Assembly (NCBI GenBank): GCA_023954595.1 | Contig: JAGSHJ010000001.1 | Coordinates: 1-47,274, forward strand | Reading direction: 5' to 3' | Source of the DNA: Bacteriovoracaceae bacterium | Lineage (GTDB): Bacteria; Bdellovibrionota; Bacteriovoracia; Bacteriovoracales; Bacteriovoracaceae | Length of the DNA: 47,274 nt | Part shown: piece by piece, positions 10,181-18,876 of the stretch | How the letters are laid out: each line of letters starts with the position of its first letter | Position numbering within the stretch: position 1 is the first letter of the stretch | Made by a program: the position numbers and the translations under genes | The notes under the pieces: model-generated | Seen by the model: only the letters and a program-made list of their open reading frames with translations | Databases searched by the model: none | Told to the model about the DNA's origin: nothing

Positions 10181-10228
10181 TCACTTTTTTCAAAATTCAT
10201 GTTAACATTTTTCTAAAAAGGAAGTTCT

Positions 10229-10987
10229 ATGAAACATATATGGATGTTGTTCTTTTTAGTGTCTTGTTTTAAAACCGCAGAAGAAATCAAGCGTGATGAG
10301 ATGGTCGACCAAATGAGTGTTCAACTTGAGCAGTCCTCTACTCTTGTAGCTGATCTCACACAACAAGTAACAGATCTTCAAACAAGACTTGCAAATACAA
10401 CAGGTCAAATTGAAGAAATAGATCATAAAACACAAAAAACATCAGCAGAACAAAAGCAAACTCTTGAGCAATCAATAGCTCAACTTCAAGAGCAAGTGAA
10501 GGCCCTAACAGCTCAAAGTAGTGAGAATAAAAACTTACTCTCCCAACTTCAATCAGATTTAAATGCTCAAAAAAGATACTCAAAGAAAGTTGCAAAAACA
10601 CTTGGAAAAATCGCCAAAGACTCCCAAGGTCCTACACTAAAAGGTGCTCATAAGTTATTTGAAAAAAATAAATTAAAGCAGGCCGAGGATGCGTACCTAA
10701 TACTATTAGATGAAGCAAAGATTAATGCCGCCCAGACAAATGCTGTTTGGTACAACTTGGGATTAATTAATTACTGGAACAAAAAGTATGAAGATGCAGC
10801 AGCTTACTTTAGCAAGATTTATACGAAATGGCCTAAGAGCTCCTATGCCCCTCGCTCCCTATTATATATTGCAAGAAGTATGGATAAGAGCGGAAAGAAA
10901 GCAGAGGCAAATGCTGTTTATGAAGAGTTAATTAAAAATTACCCAAAGTCTTCCCAGGCGAAAAAAGCTAAAACAGAGATGAAATAA
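10229..10987 (+). CDS. ybgF: Tol-Pal system protein YbgF/CpoB-like (coiled coil + TPR)
   Basis: 252 aa. Signal/lipobox (LVS-C), an N-terminal Q/L-rich coiled coil and a C-terminal TPR region (WYNLGLINYWNKKYEDAAAYFSKIYTKWPKSSYAPRSLLYIARS...YEELIKNYPKSSQAKKAK). It lies immediately after pal. Confidence 0.75.
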   Translation: MKHIWMLFFLVSCFKTAEEIKRDEMVDQMSVQLEQSSTLVADLTQQVTDLQTRLANTTGQIEEIDHKTQKTSAEQKQTLEQSIAQLQEQVKALTAQSSENKNLLSQLQSDLNAQKRYSKKVAKTLGKIAKDSQGPTLKGAHKLFEKNKLKQAEDAYLILLDEAKINAAQTNAVWYNLGLINYWNKKYEDAAAYFSKIYTKWPKSSYAPRSLLYIARSMDKSGKKAEANAVYEELIKNYPKSSQAKKAKTEMK

Positions 10988-10989
10988 GT

Positions 10990-12576
10990 ATGCTAAGAAT
11001 TTTACTATCAATTGCGCTAATTACTTCATGCAACCGTTTTGTGAAAATGGTCGATGACTCTTATCATGAAAAGATTGATACTAAATCTGGTGCAGACCAC
11101 GTCAAAGTTGTTTTCTCTCACAATATTAATGGTGAGACCCATCCTTGTGGCTGTAGAAAGTTTCCATTAGGAGGTCTTCCTCAAGCAGCAGGCTACCTTC
11201 ACGAATCAAAACAAGACAGTAATGTTATCTATGTAGATTCAGGTGACATGCTATTTCCATCCAATACTGTTCCAAATACTTTGGCCGACTCAATAAAGTT
11301 CACTGCCGATGCTCTGGCAAATGCTCAAGACCTTCTTGGTTTAAAGTTTTTTACACCAGGAGATCAAGACTTTGCTCTAGGAGTAAACTACTTGGCGGAA
11401 CTGTCAAAGAAAGTGAAGTTCAGCTTTCTTATTTCTAATGCAAAGAAGAGCCTGCCGATCAAAAGCATTCCCTACTCTCACGTTAAAGTAGGTGATACAA
11501 ACTTGGTATTTCTTGGAATTGTTAATCCAGATATTCTAAGTGGTGACATAAGGTCATACTTTGAAGATCCAATCGAATCATTGAAAAAAAACCTAGAAGA
11601 AGTTAAAAAGATGTCTTTTGGTTCAAATGAAAAAGCTCCCAAGCTTATTCTTCTAAGTCACGCAGGAATGAACTTTGATAAAGTACTGGCAAAAAAGTTC
11701 CCTCAAATAGATTGGATTATTGGCTCACACTCACAAGCTTTCCTTAAAGAACCAGAAACAGTCGGCAATGTTCAGATAGCCCAAGTTCTTTCAAGAAATC
11801 ACTATATGGGTGAGATAAAAATTCCTTTCAATCAGAAGGCGACTTCATCTTACAAACTTGCGGCCATAGATGAGAACTCCGAAAAGAAGATGCCAAACAA
11901 TCCCCTAATTCCGTGGCTTACTAAATACAAAAGTGAATTGGAAGAAGTCCAAAAAGCAGAACAAAAAAGATTAATGGCCCACTCTGTAGATTCAGATTAC
12001 AAAAGCCAAACCTATATTAGCTGTTCCCAATGTCACACAAAACAAACAGAGTTTTGGCAAGAAACAGCCCACTCCATCGCTTGGCAAACTCTTGAGAAGG
12101 CGAAAGCGGCAAACAACTCACAATGTATTAGTTGTCACAGTTTAGACTTTGGAAAGCCCCAAGGCTTTGCATCTACTGAGGAGATCGTTCAAGGAAATGA
12201 TTTAGACGAAAAGAACATGGATGCATATTGGGCCGAAGTTAATACGATCTTTAAAGACGTTCATTCAGTTAGAGAGCTTAAGAAGGGTAAAAGAGCTGAG
12301 TTATCTAAAAAATGGATGAAAGTCGATGCCAAGCATTCAGTTGAAAACAACTATGCGAATGTTCAGTGTATGCATTGCCATAATCAACATCCAGAGCACC
12401 CTTTTCAAATTGAAGAGAAGACAGTTCAAAAAGATTATTCAAAGAATTGTCTTCAATGCCACACTGCGGATCAATCTCCAGAGTGGTATAACAAGGGCGA
12501 TAGCGGGCTTGCCACAACGGTGAACAAAAAGTATGTTGACCAAAAAATTAAAGAGCTATCCTGCCCAAAAATGTAA
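10990..12576 (+). CDS. lipoprotein fusing a metallophosphoesterase/5'-nucleotidase-like domain to a tetraheme c-type cytochrome domain
   Basis: 528 aa. Lipobox ITS-C. N-terminal half has calcineurin-like motifs (VDSGDMLF, TPGDQDF, LLSHAG, IGSHSQ). C-terminal half has four CXXCH motifs: CSQCH (12022..12036), CISCH (12124..12138), CMHCH (12367..12381) and CLQCH (12448..12462). Confidence 0.7.
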   Translation: MLRILLSIALITSCNRFVKMVDDSYHEKIDTKSGADHVKVVFSHNINGETHPCGCRKFPLGGLPQAAGYLHESKQDSNVIYVDSGDMLFPSNTVPNTLADSIKFTADALANAQDLLGLKFFTPGDQDFALGVNYLAELSKKVKFSFLISNAKKSLPIKSIPYSHVKVGDTNLVFLGIVNPDILSGDIRSYFEDPIESLKKNLEEVKKMSFGSNEKAPKLILLSHAGMNFDKVLAKKFPQIDWIIGSHSQAFLKEPETVGNVQIAQVLSRNHYMGEIKIPFNQKATSSYKLAAIDENSEKKMPNNPLIPWLTKYKSELEEVQKAEQKRLMAHSVDSDYKSQTYISCSQCHTKQTEFWQETAHSIAWQTLEKAKAANNSQCISCHSLDFGKPQGFASTEEIVQGNDLDEKNMDAYWAEVNTIFKDVHSVRELKKGKRAELSKKWMKVDAKHSVENNYANVQCMHCHNQHPEHPFQIEEKTVQKDYSKNCLQCHTADQSPEWYNKGDSGLATTVNKKYVDQKIKELSCPKM

Positions 12577-12577
12577 T

Positions 12578-13675
12578 ATGAAAAAAATCATCCTTGGAAT
12601 TGAAACGAGCTGTGATGACACCTCTATAGGTGTTTTAAGTAGCGAAAATGATAAGATAGAGGTTCTATCCCATAGAACCTTTGGACAAGAAGAAATCCTA
12701 AAAACATGGGGTGGTGTTGTTCCTGAGATTGCAGCAAGAAACCACTTACAAAAGCTTGCCCCCCTACTAGAGTCGACTACAAATGAGGCGGGGATCACTA
12801 TCGATGATATCGATTTAATTGGTGTGACGTGTGTTCCAGGATTACTTGGTCCTCTTCTGACAGGACTAAATGCTGCAAAAACAGTGGCAATGTTGGCCAG
12901 AAAACCAATCATGCCTGTAAATCACTTATATGCTCACCTTGAAGCAATTCATCTTACTAAAAAGATGGCCTACCCATACTTGGGACTATTAATAAGTGGA
13001 GGCCATACAATCTTCTTTCTAGTTCAATCAAGCACTGATTTTAGAGTTCTTGGTAGTACAATTGATGACGCTGCCGGAGAGGCATTTGATAAAGGTGGAA
13101 AACTTCTAGGTCTTGGTTATCCTGCGGGAAGAATTATAGATGAATTGGCCAAAGAGGGCGATCCACTTAAATACGAGTTTCCAATTGGTCTAAAATCAAG
13201 TGCTGACTGTAGATTTAGCTTCTCTGGACTAAAAACGGCACTAAGAGTTTTCTTAGAAAGAAATCCTGAGCTTGCAGATCTTGGTGAGAGAAGAGACACA
13301 CTCTCTCCAGAAGAACGTAAGGCACTTTGTGATGTTTGTGCTTCCTACCAGCATGCAATTGTTACAGCAATAAACCTAAAGGCTAGATATGCACTTCAAC
13401 TTGCCTATGAGATCACTGGAATCAAGAATCTACCGATAGTGGTTGGTGGTGGTGTGGCATGTAATTCAGGCATAAGAGCTGGTTTGGCCAAAAAATACTC
13501 CAATGTTAATTTTGTTGATCCAAAATACTGTGCCGACAATGGTGCAATGATAGCAAACTATGCTCTAATTAACGAGGCCAGTGCTATCGCCTACCCTGAA
13601 TGTCTTCAGCTTGATGCAAGAGGACGTTTTATAAATAAAAAGGATTTCAGTGGAAAGACCTCCAAAAGCAAATAA
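12578..13675 (+). CDS. tsaD: tRNA N6-adenosine threonylcarbamoyltransferase
   Basis: MKKIILGIETSCDDTS..., SGGHT and a Kae1/Gcp-type C-terminus. I moved the start from 12533 to the ATG at 12578, just after the upstream stop at 12576. Confidence 0.9.
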   Translation: MKKIILGIETSCDDTSIGVLSSENDKIEVLSHRTFGQEEILKTWGGVVPEIAARNHLQKLAPLLESTTNEAGITIDDIDLIGVTCVPGLLGPLLTGLNAAKTVAMLARKPIMPVNHLYAHLEAIHLTKKMAYPYLGLLISGGHTIFFLVQSSTDFRVLGSTIDDAAGEAFDKGGKLLGLGYPAGRIIDELAKEGDPLKYEFPIGLKSSADCRFSFSGLKTALRVFLERNPELADLGERRDTLSPEERKALCDVCASYQHAIVTAINLKARYALQLAYEITGIKNLPIVVGGGVACNSGIRAGLAKKYSNVNFVDPKYCADNGAMIANYALINEASAIAYPECLQLDARGRFINKKDFSGKTSKSK

Positions 13676-14447
13676 AGATTTAGGCCAACACTACCTGAAG
13701 GATAAATCTGTAATAGAAAAAATAATCAATGATGCTCCAGCTGAATATGACGCCATTGTTGAGGTTGGACCTGGCCCTGGGGTGATCACAAAAGAATTAT
13801 CTCAAAAAGGAAAGCCACTCTATCTAATAGAGATGGACACTCGTTTTGAACCACACCTAAACTTCGAAAATATTAAAGAAATCTTCTTCCAAGATGCCAT
13901 GCAATTCAATTGGCCAGAGTTCTTATCTAAAAATGGGCTTGAAGACAAAAAGATATGGTTGGTTTCAAACCTGCCATACAATGCAAGTAGTCAATTGTTT
14001 GTTCAATTTCTTCAAGTAGAACAAATTAGCAATATGACACTCATGTATCAGAAAGAAGTTGGTGAAAAAACTTACTACCGACCAGGTGCAAAAAATCAGA
14101 TGAATAGCCTCCTAAGCCTCGCAAGTGCTTACACTGAATCAAAACAAGTGTGTAAAGTATCTCCTGGGGCCTTTAATCCACCACCTAAGGTCGACTCAGT
14201 TGTTGTTACCTATGATAGGCTAAGCTCTCCAAGAGTAGCTTATAGTGAATTTAAGACATATGAGAGCTTTCTTCGTAAATTGTTTGCAATGAAAAGAAAA
14301 CAACTCGGTTCAGTTCTTAAGGCCTGGCCTGCGGGCAAGACTCTTCTATCTCGACTGGAAGAAAGTGGTTTTGATGCTAGGATTAGGGCCGAAGGCCTTG
14401 ATTTAGACCAGGTATTTTCTCTTTTTGAAACCTACTCTAAGCCCTAG
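13650..14447 (+). CDS. rsmA: 16S rRNA (adenine1518/1519-N6)-dimethyltransferase
   Basis: 265 aa. LGQHYLKD, the SAM motif VEVGPGPGVIT and NLPYN. GTG start overlapping the tsaD 3' end by 26 nt. Confidence 0.9.
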   Translation: MERPPKANKDLGQHYLKDKSVIEKIINDAPAEYDAIVEVGPGPGVITKELSQKGKPLYLIEMDTRFEPHLNFENIKEIFFQDAMQFNWPEFLSKNGLEDKKIWLVSNLPYNASSQLFVQFLQVEQISNMTLMYQKEVGEKTYYRPGAKNQMNSLLSLASAYTESKQVCKVSPGAFNPPPKVDSVVVTYDRLSSPRVAYSEFKTYESFLRKLFAMKRKQLGSVLKAWPAGKTLLSRLEESGFDARIRAEGLDLDQVFSLFETYSKP

Positions 14448-14613
14448 AAATACCAAAACTGAAAAACCTTCAAAAAGACTCACTGCTCCATTTGATTCTT
14501 TCAAATTACAGATCTAAAACAAATTCATAAATATACTCCCAAGGTGACAAAATAGGCCTTGGGAGTTATAAAGATGGGCACATTTACATTAAGCGTAAAT
14601 AGTTGGAGCGACC

Positions 14614-15063
14614 ATGAGCATTAAAATTATAGCCAAAAATAAACGAGCTTCGTACGACTACGTCCTACAAGAAACGTTTGAAGCTGGTCTAAGTCTTCAA
14701 GGCACGGAAGTGAAAACCTTAAGAGGTGGAAAGTGCTCTCTGACAGAGGCATTTTGTTCAGTAGATAAAAAAGACGAAATATGGATTCACAATATGACCA
14801 TCCCGGGATATGAATTCGGAAATATTTCAAACCATGAAGAAACGAGAAAAAGAAAACTCCTTTTAAAGAGAAGCGAGATTGAATCCATACAAAGATCTCT
14901 CGCTACAAAGGGACAAACCTTGGTTCCAACCAAGATCTACTTTAAAGGGTCATTGGTAAAGCTTGAAATAGCACTGGCCAAAGGTAAGAAGCTTCACGAC
15001 AAAAGAGAAGCGACTAAATCAAAAGAAGTTGAGAAGAAATTGAGGCAGGGAGTATATGAGTAA
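14614..15063 (+). CDS. smpB: SsrA-binding protein
   Basis: 149 aa. IAKNKRASYDYVLQETFEAGLSLQGTEVKTLR and a basic C-terminal tail. GGAG lies 5 nt upstream of the ATG. Confidence 0.95.
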   Translation: MSIKIIAKNKRASYDYVLQETFEAGLSLQGTEVKTLRGGKCSLTEAFCSVDKKDEIWIHNMTIPGYEFGNISNHEETRKRKLLLKRSEIESIQRSLATKGQTLVPTKIYFKGSLVKLEIALAKGKKLHDKREATKSKEVEKKLRQGVYE

Positions 15064-15400
15064 CAACAATGTAGAGACTTTAAACATTTTTCACTTAGAT
15101 CAAAACCGCGAGTTTAGCGAAGATGAAGCATACCAACTGGTAAATATGCTTCACATTGTTACTCAAAAATCTAAGAACAAGATCAACTCCTACTCTGGGC
15201 AAACTCAGTTTCATAGCCGCAACCCTAAAGAGGCGGAAGTTTATCAAGCAAAACTAAATGAAGAGATCCAAAAATGGAGCGAGAAAACCAGAAGACTTGG
15301 CGCTATCCCTCTATCTTTATACAAGGTAAAAATCACTGCTAAAGGCGGTGGATACTACACATGGGAGTTCCCATCTAGTGAACTAGAGTGGAAATCCTAA
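15056..15400 (+). CDS. hypothetical protein, DUF2203-like
   Basis: 114 aa. A helical N-terminus followed by RRLGAIPLSLYKVKITAKGGGYYTWEFPSSELEW resembles the DUF2203 C-terminal pattern. The family assignment is weak. The ATG overlaps the smpB 3' end by 8 nt. Confidence 0.45.
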   Translation: MSNNNVETLNIFHLDQNREFSEDEAYQLVNMLHIVTQKSKNKINSYSGQTQFHSRNPKEAEVYQAKLNEEIQKWSEKTRRLGAIPLSLYKVKITAKGGGYYTWEFPSSELEWKS

Positions 15401-15780
15401 TAAACCATAAATGTCATTAGAACGATTCCAACGAGATCAAGGCCATAGTCTATGGCGAAGGCCTTGCCACTCACTCTTGCAAAAGCATAATGTTTTGCCC
15501 CTAAACCAACCTGAATAAACAACCAACATCCAAGACCAACAGTTAGCTGCTCGACCAAGTTTTGCGGCTGAATATGCTTTAACATTAGAAAAAGACCATA
15601 ACTTGCGTACAGTGAACCTATAAATGCCAAAAGATAAGGCTTGGGATCTCCAGGACGAATATCTTTGTGTTGTAGCTTCCATGCATGAAGCCACTGTTTA
15701 CCAAATACAGAGTACCAGATTGCCCCTAGAACAAAATTTACAAATGCAGCACCAATAACCCACAACGCATCTGACGACAT
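15397..15780 (-). CDS. DUF1761-like small membrane protein
   Basis: 127 aa, four predicted TM segments. The N-terminus AAFVNFVLGAIWYSVFGKQW matches the DUF1761 signature. Confidence 0.55.
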   Translation of the reverse strand: MSSDALWVIGAAFVNFVLGAIWYSVFGKQWLHAWKLQHKDIRPGDPKPYLLAFIGSLYASYGLFLMLKHIQPQNLVEQLTVGLGCWLFIQVGLGAKHYAFARVSGKAFAIDYGLDLVGIVLMTFMVY

Positions 15781-15842
15781 AACTGACTCCCCTTTGATTC
15801 ACCTTTACTCATTGCTATCTAAATTTAATAATATTAATCATT

Positions 15843-16319
15843 ATGAAGTTTCTCAATCAATATTACAAAAATACACCAAAATTGAAGTTTCTGGCCCAGG
15901 CGGCCATATTGACTTTTATTAGTGACGTCATCAACATTTGCTATATAAATATGTATTTTCTCCCAGAGAAGATCACTGGCAATTACATTTTCAATCTCTA
16001 CTCCAACTTGGGAATCGATCCACGACAGTTTAATGCATCTTACATTATGGAGTTAAGGCAGGTTCTAATAAACTCAATGGCCTTGGTCTTTTGTGGCTTT
16101 CTTGCCTATCACATCTTGGTTTATTTTCAGCTTTCAAAAGACAAGAAGTGGGCCAAAAAATATGTTTCAGGCTACGCCTTTACAGGTGCGATCCTAACTG
16201 TAATAGAGTTACCTGTTTTGATACAGGAACATATTGGCTGGGCATTTGCGATGCTTATTACCACAGTTATTTATGTTTTTAGCTTTATGGGTCTAAGGTT
16301 TTTTAAAAGAGCTAAGTAG
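15843..16319 (+). CDS. hypothetical membrane protein
   Basis: 158 aa, about four hydrophobic segments. No family recognised. Confidence 0.45.
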   Translation: MKFLNQYYKNTPKLKFLAQAAILTFISDVINICYINMYFLPEKITGNYIFNLYSNLGIDPRQFNASYIMELRQVLINSMALVFCGFLAYHILVYFQLSKDKKWAKKYVSGYAFTGAILTVIELPVLIQEHIGWAFAMLITTVIYVFSFMGLRFFKRAK

Positions 16320-16323
16320 CTTC

Positions 16324-17280
16324 TTAATTAAAGATTGGAGAGATGAACATAGGGTCATCCTCTTTATCGAATAGTGGTATATCTCTAACTTCATTTTTCA
16401 ATAGACTCTGTCCAGCTAGAGCGAGCAAAAAAGAGTCAAATGCTTTGGGATTCTTCGCTAACAGTTCTAGATCTTTTTCATAAATAAAAACACCTAGTTT
16501 TTTCTCTATTTCCTTAGCTGTTTGAACTCTAGCAAGAGCGGCCATGTCCAAGTCTTCAAGCTCTCTAAGCCTCTTCTTAGTTATGATTCCAGCTCGATAA
16601 AGCTCAATAAGAACAATTCTCGCGTTGGACTCATACATTTTAAGATCCCTAGGAAGGTGTCTTCTTAAATAGTGAAAACGCTGCATCAGCATCACTGATA
16701 CGTTTCCAAAAGAGTCATATGAAATATTAAATAGAGATAGAATTTGATCGTAGTAATGCTTCCAAATCCAAAAATCGATTGGTCGATTCCAATATGGAAG
16801 ATAACCCTTTTTGAGCTTTCTCTTAAAGGCCTTTGAAAGGATGTGCTCACTTGTTTCTTTATATAGAGCACTTCTACTATGGTGAACTAAATCATCATCA
16901 TTTCGACTTTGTTCATATCTTTTAGGATTTGAGTCCACCAGCTGCTTATCTTCATTTAAAAGATCGTCCATAGAGCTTCTAACTTTCTGAACAACTGGGT
17001 GTGCACAGTTTGTTGTTCCAGGACAATCAAGCTTACAAGACTCACACATGGGTTTTGTAAGGGGAAAATCAACTACGAGCTGGTGAAGTTTATAGTTGTC
17101 CACCCAAGATGTAATCGCTTCATCACGATCCATCTCTTCCTCGTCTCTTACCTGTCTCAAGGAAGTCAGAAACCATCTTCCCTTATCAGGAAAGTACTCA
17201 AGCAGACAGAAGAAGAAGTTCTCCCTTCTTCCACCACCAAGAGACATACCAGCAATAGATTTTGATTTTCCTACACTCAT
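16324..17280 (-). CDS. uncharacterised protein with a CxxCx3Cx5CxH cluster (possible RNase-H-fold, DUF429-like)
   Basis: I moved the start to the ATG at 17280, which overlaps the upstream TAA (TAATG) and gives MSVGKSKSIAGMSLGGGRRENFFFCLLEY. Cys cluster is CESCKLDCPGTTNCAH. The C-terminal FDSFLLALAGQ resembles the DUF429 C-terminal acidic motif. The family call is tentative. Confidence 0.5.
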   Translation of the reverse strand: MSVGKSKSIAGMSLGGGRRENFFFCLLEYFPDKGRWFLTSLRQVRDEEEMDRDEAITSWVDNYKLHQLVVDFPLTKPMCESCKLDCPGTTNCAHPVVQKVRSSMDDLLNEDKQLVDSNPKRYEQSRNDDDLVHHSRSALYKETSEHILSKAFKRKLKKGYLPYWNRPIDFWIWKHYYDQILSLFNISYDSFGNVSVMLMQRFHYLRRHLPRDLKMYESNARIVLIELYRAGIITKKRLRELEDLDMAALARVQTAKEIEKKLGVFIYEKDLELLAKNPKAFDSFLLALAGQSLLKNEVRDIPLFDKEDDPMFISPIFN

Positions 17281-18302
17281 TAAGAATATTGTATAGGATG
17301 GTCGATGCAAAAATCCAGCACTCTCATGCCTAATTGCTCAATAGTCTTTTTAATCGAGTCACTATCTTGAGATTTATGGGTCAGTATGAAGCATCCCCCT
17401 CCACCGGCACCGCACATTTTCATGCCAATAGCTGGGAAGTCAGTTTTCAACTTGTTAAATATGTCTTCAATTTCTGAAGGAACAATATTGGGGGCCAGAA
17501 GCTTTCGAACCTCTCCCTCTTGTCCAATTAATTCTAGGACTTCATCATAGTTCTTATTCTTTATCGCCAAATAGGTTTGATAGCTAATGTCTGCTATTTT
17601 TTCCATACCTGAACGAATCTTCTCATTCTTATCAAAAAAGGCCTTATAAACTTCCCAATTATTGATTCCAGAGTTTCTACTCAATCCGGAATACACAAGG
17701 GTCATATGGCCTTCTAAAAAGTCTTTTAATTCTGGAGTGAAAAGTTGCTCGTACTCAAGCTCACCAGCTTTTCCACGAATACTTAATACACCACCAGTCA
17801 AAGCTGGAAAGTAGTCTTGGTAACCTGGGACACCTTGATTTAAAATTCGTCCCTCAGTGCCTTTGACCTTTGCAACCGCCTCATAGATATCAAACTTCTT
17901 ATTAAATTTGTCACATAGAGCGCTATAAAGGGTAACACCCATAGCACTTGAGCCTCCAAGCCCTGAACCAGCAGGTGCTCCGGATGAAAGAGTAACTCTT
18001 AGATTTTTTGTGGCTCCAAAAAGGTCTAGAATCTGGCACACAAACTTCATTTCTTTGAAGAAGTCACCAGAGTAGAGATTTTCTTGATTGAAGTCTGACT
18101 GATTGAACTTATAGCTCGTGTCATAGTCTTTGGAGAAGATCTCAACGCCATCAAAGCTAGATTCTTCCAATACGACCTTTGCTTTGAGCGATGTGGCGAC
18201 ATTTAAAGTCACCACATTTGGAAGAATTAAGTTAATAGGCTCTAGGTCAATCGTACCACCAACCAAGTCAACGCGAACGCTTCCCTCTTTAGTTACCGGC
18301 AT
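17280..18302 (-). CDS. GHMP-family kinase (HddA/COG2605-like sugar-phosphate kinase type)
   Basis: 340 aa. RVDLVGGTIDLEPI at the N-terminus, GHMP motif II SSGAPAGSGLGGSSA and motif III KMCGAGGGGCFIL. Confidence 0.7.
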   Translation of the reverse strand: MPVTKEGSVRVDLVGGTIDLEPINLILPNVVTLNVATSLKAKVVLEESSFDGVEIFSKDYDTSYKFNQSDFNQENLYSGDFFKEMKFVCQILDLFGATKNLRVTLSSGAPAGSGLGGSSAMGVTLYSALCDKFNKKFDIYEAVAKVKGTEGRILNQGVPGYQDYFPALTGGVLSIRGKAGELEYEQLFTPELKDFLEGHMTLVYSGLSRNSGINNWEVYKAFFDKNEKIRSGMEKIADISYQTYLAIKNKNYDEVLELIGQEGEVRKLLAPNIVPSEIEDIFNKLKTDFPAIGMKMCGAGGGGCFILTHKSQDSDSIKKTIEQLGMRVLDFCIDHPIQYS

Positions 18303-18819
18303 TCAAAACACCAATATATGGTAGCTCACGGTATCTACCGGCATAATCAAGGCCATAACCAATTACAAATTTATCCTGAATTTCAAATCCTAGATAATCA
18401 ATATTAACTGGGTGCTTATTTCTGGAAGGCTTAAATAGAAGAGACGCAAGTTTGATAGTCTTAGGCCCTCTAGCTTCAAGTGTCTGCTTTAGTGTTTGGA
18501 TTGTAAGACCTGTATCAACAATGTCCTCAACAACAATGACATTTTTATCTTTGATAGAGTCCGATAGATCCATTTCCATTTTGACAGTACCTGAACTTGC
18601 AGTGCCATCTCCATAAGAAGAGAGAGCAACAAAGTCTAATTTAACAGGTAAATTGATTTTTTTCATGAGGTCCGAACAGAACATGAAGGCGCCTTTGAGT
18701 ACACAAATGATTGTGACTTCTTGTCCTTGAAATTCTTCGGTAATTGCATTGCCCAAAGCTTCAATTCTTAAGGCGATATCCTCTTCAGATATCAACACTT
18801 CTGGTGCCAGAGTTTCCAT
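18289..18819 (-). CDS. hpt: hypoxanthine phosphoribosyltransferase
   Basis: 176 aa. PRPP-binding motif VIVVEDIVDTGLT and YGLDYAGRYRELPYIG. Confidence 0.92.
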   Translation of the reverse strand: METLAPEVLISEEDIALRIEALGNAITEEFQGQEVTIICVLKGAFMFCSDLMKKINLPVKLDFVALSSYGDGTASSGTVKMEMDLSDSIKDKNVIVVEDIVDTGLTIQTLKQTLEARGPKTIKLASLLFKPSRNKHPVNIDYLGFEIQDKFVIGYGLDYAGRYRELPYIGVLNAGN

Positions 18820-18876
18820 AAATCCCCTTTTAAAAGATAAAAATTTATAGAAACAATAATACCAAAAAATTCGAAT

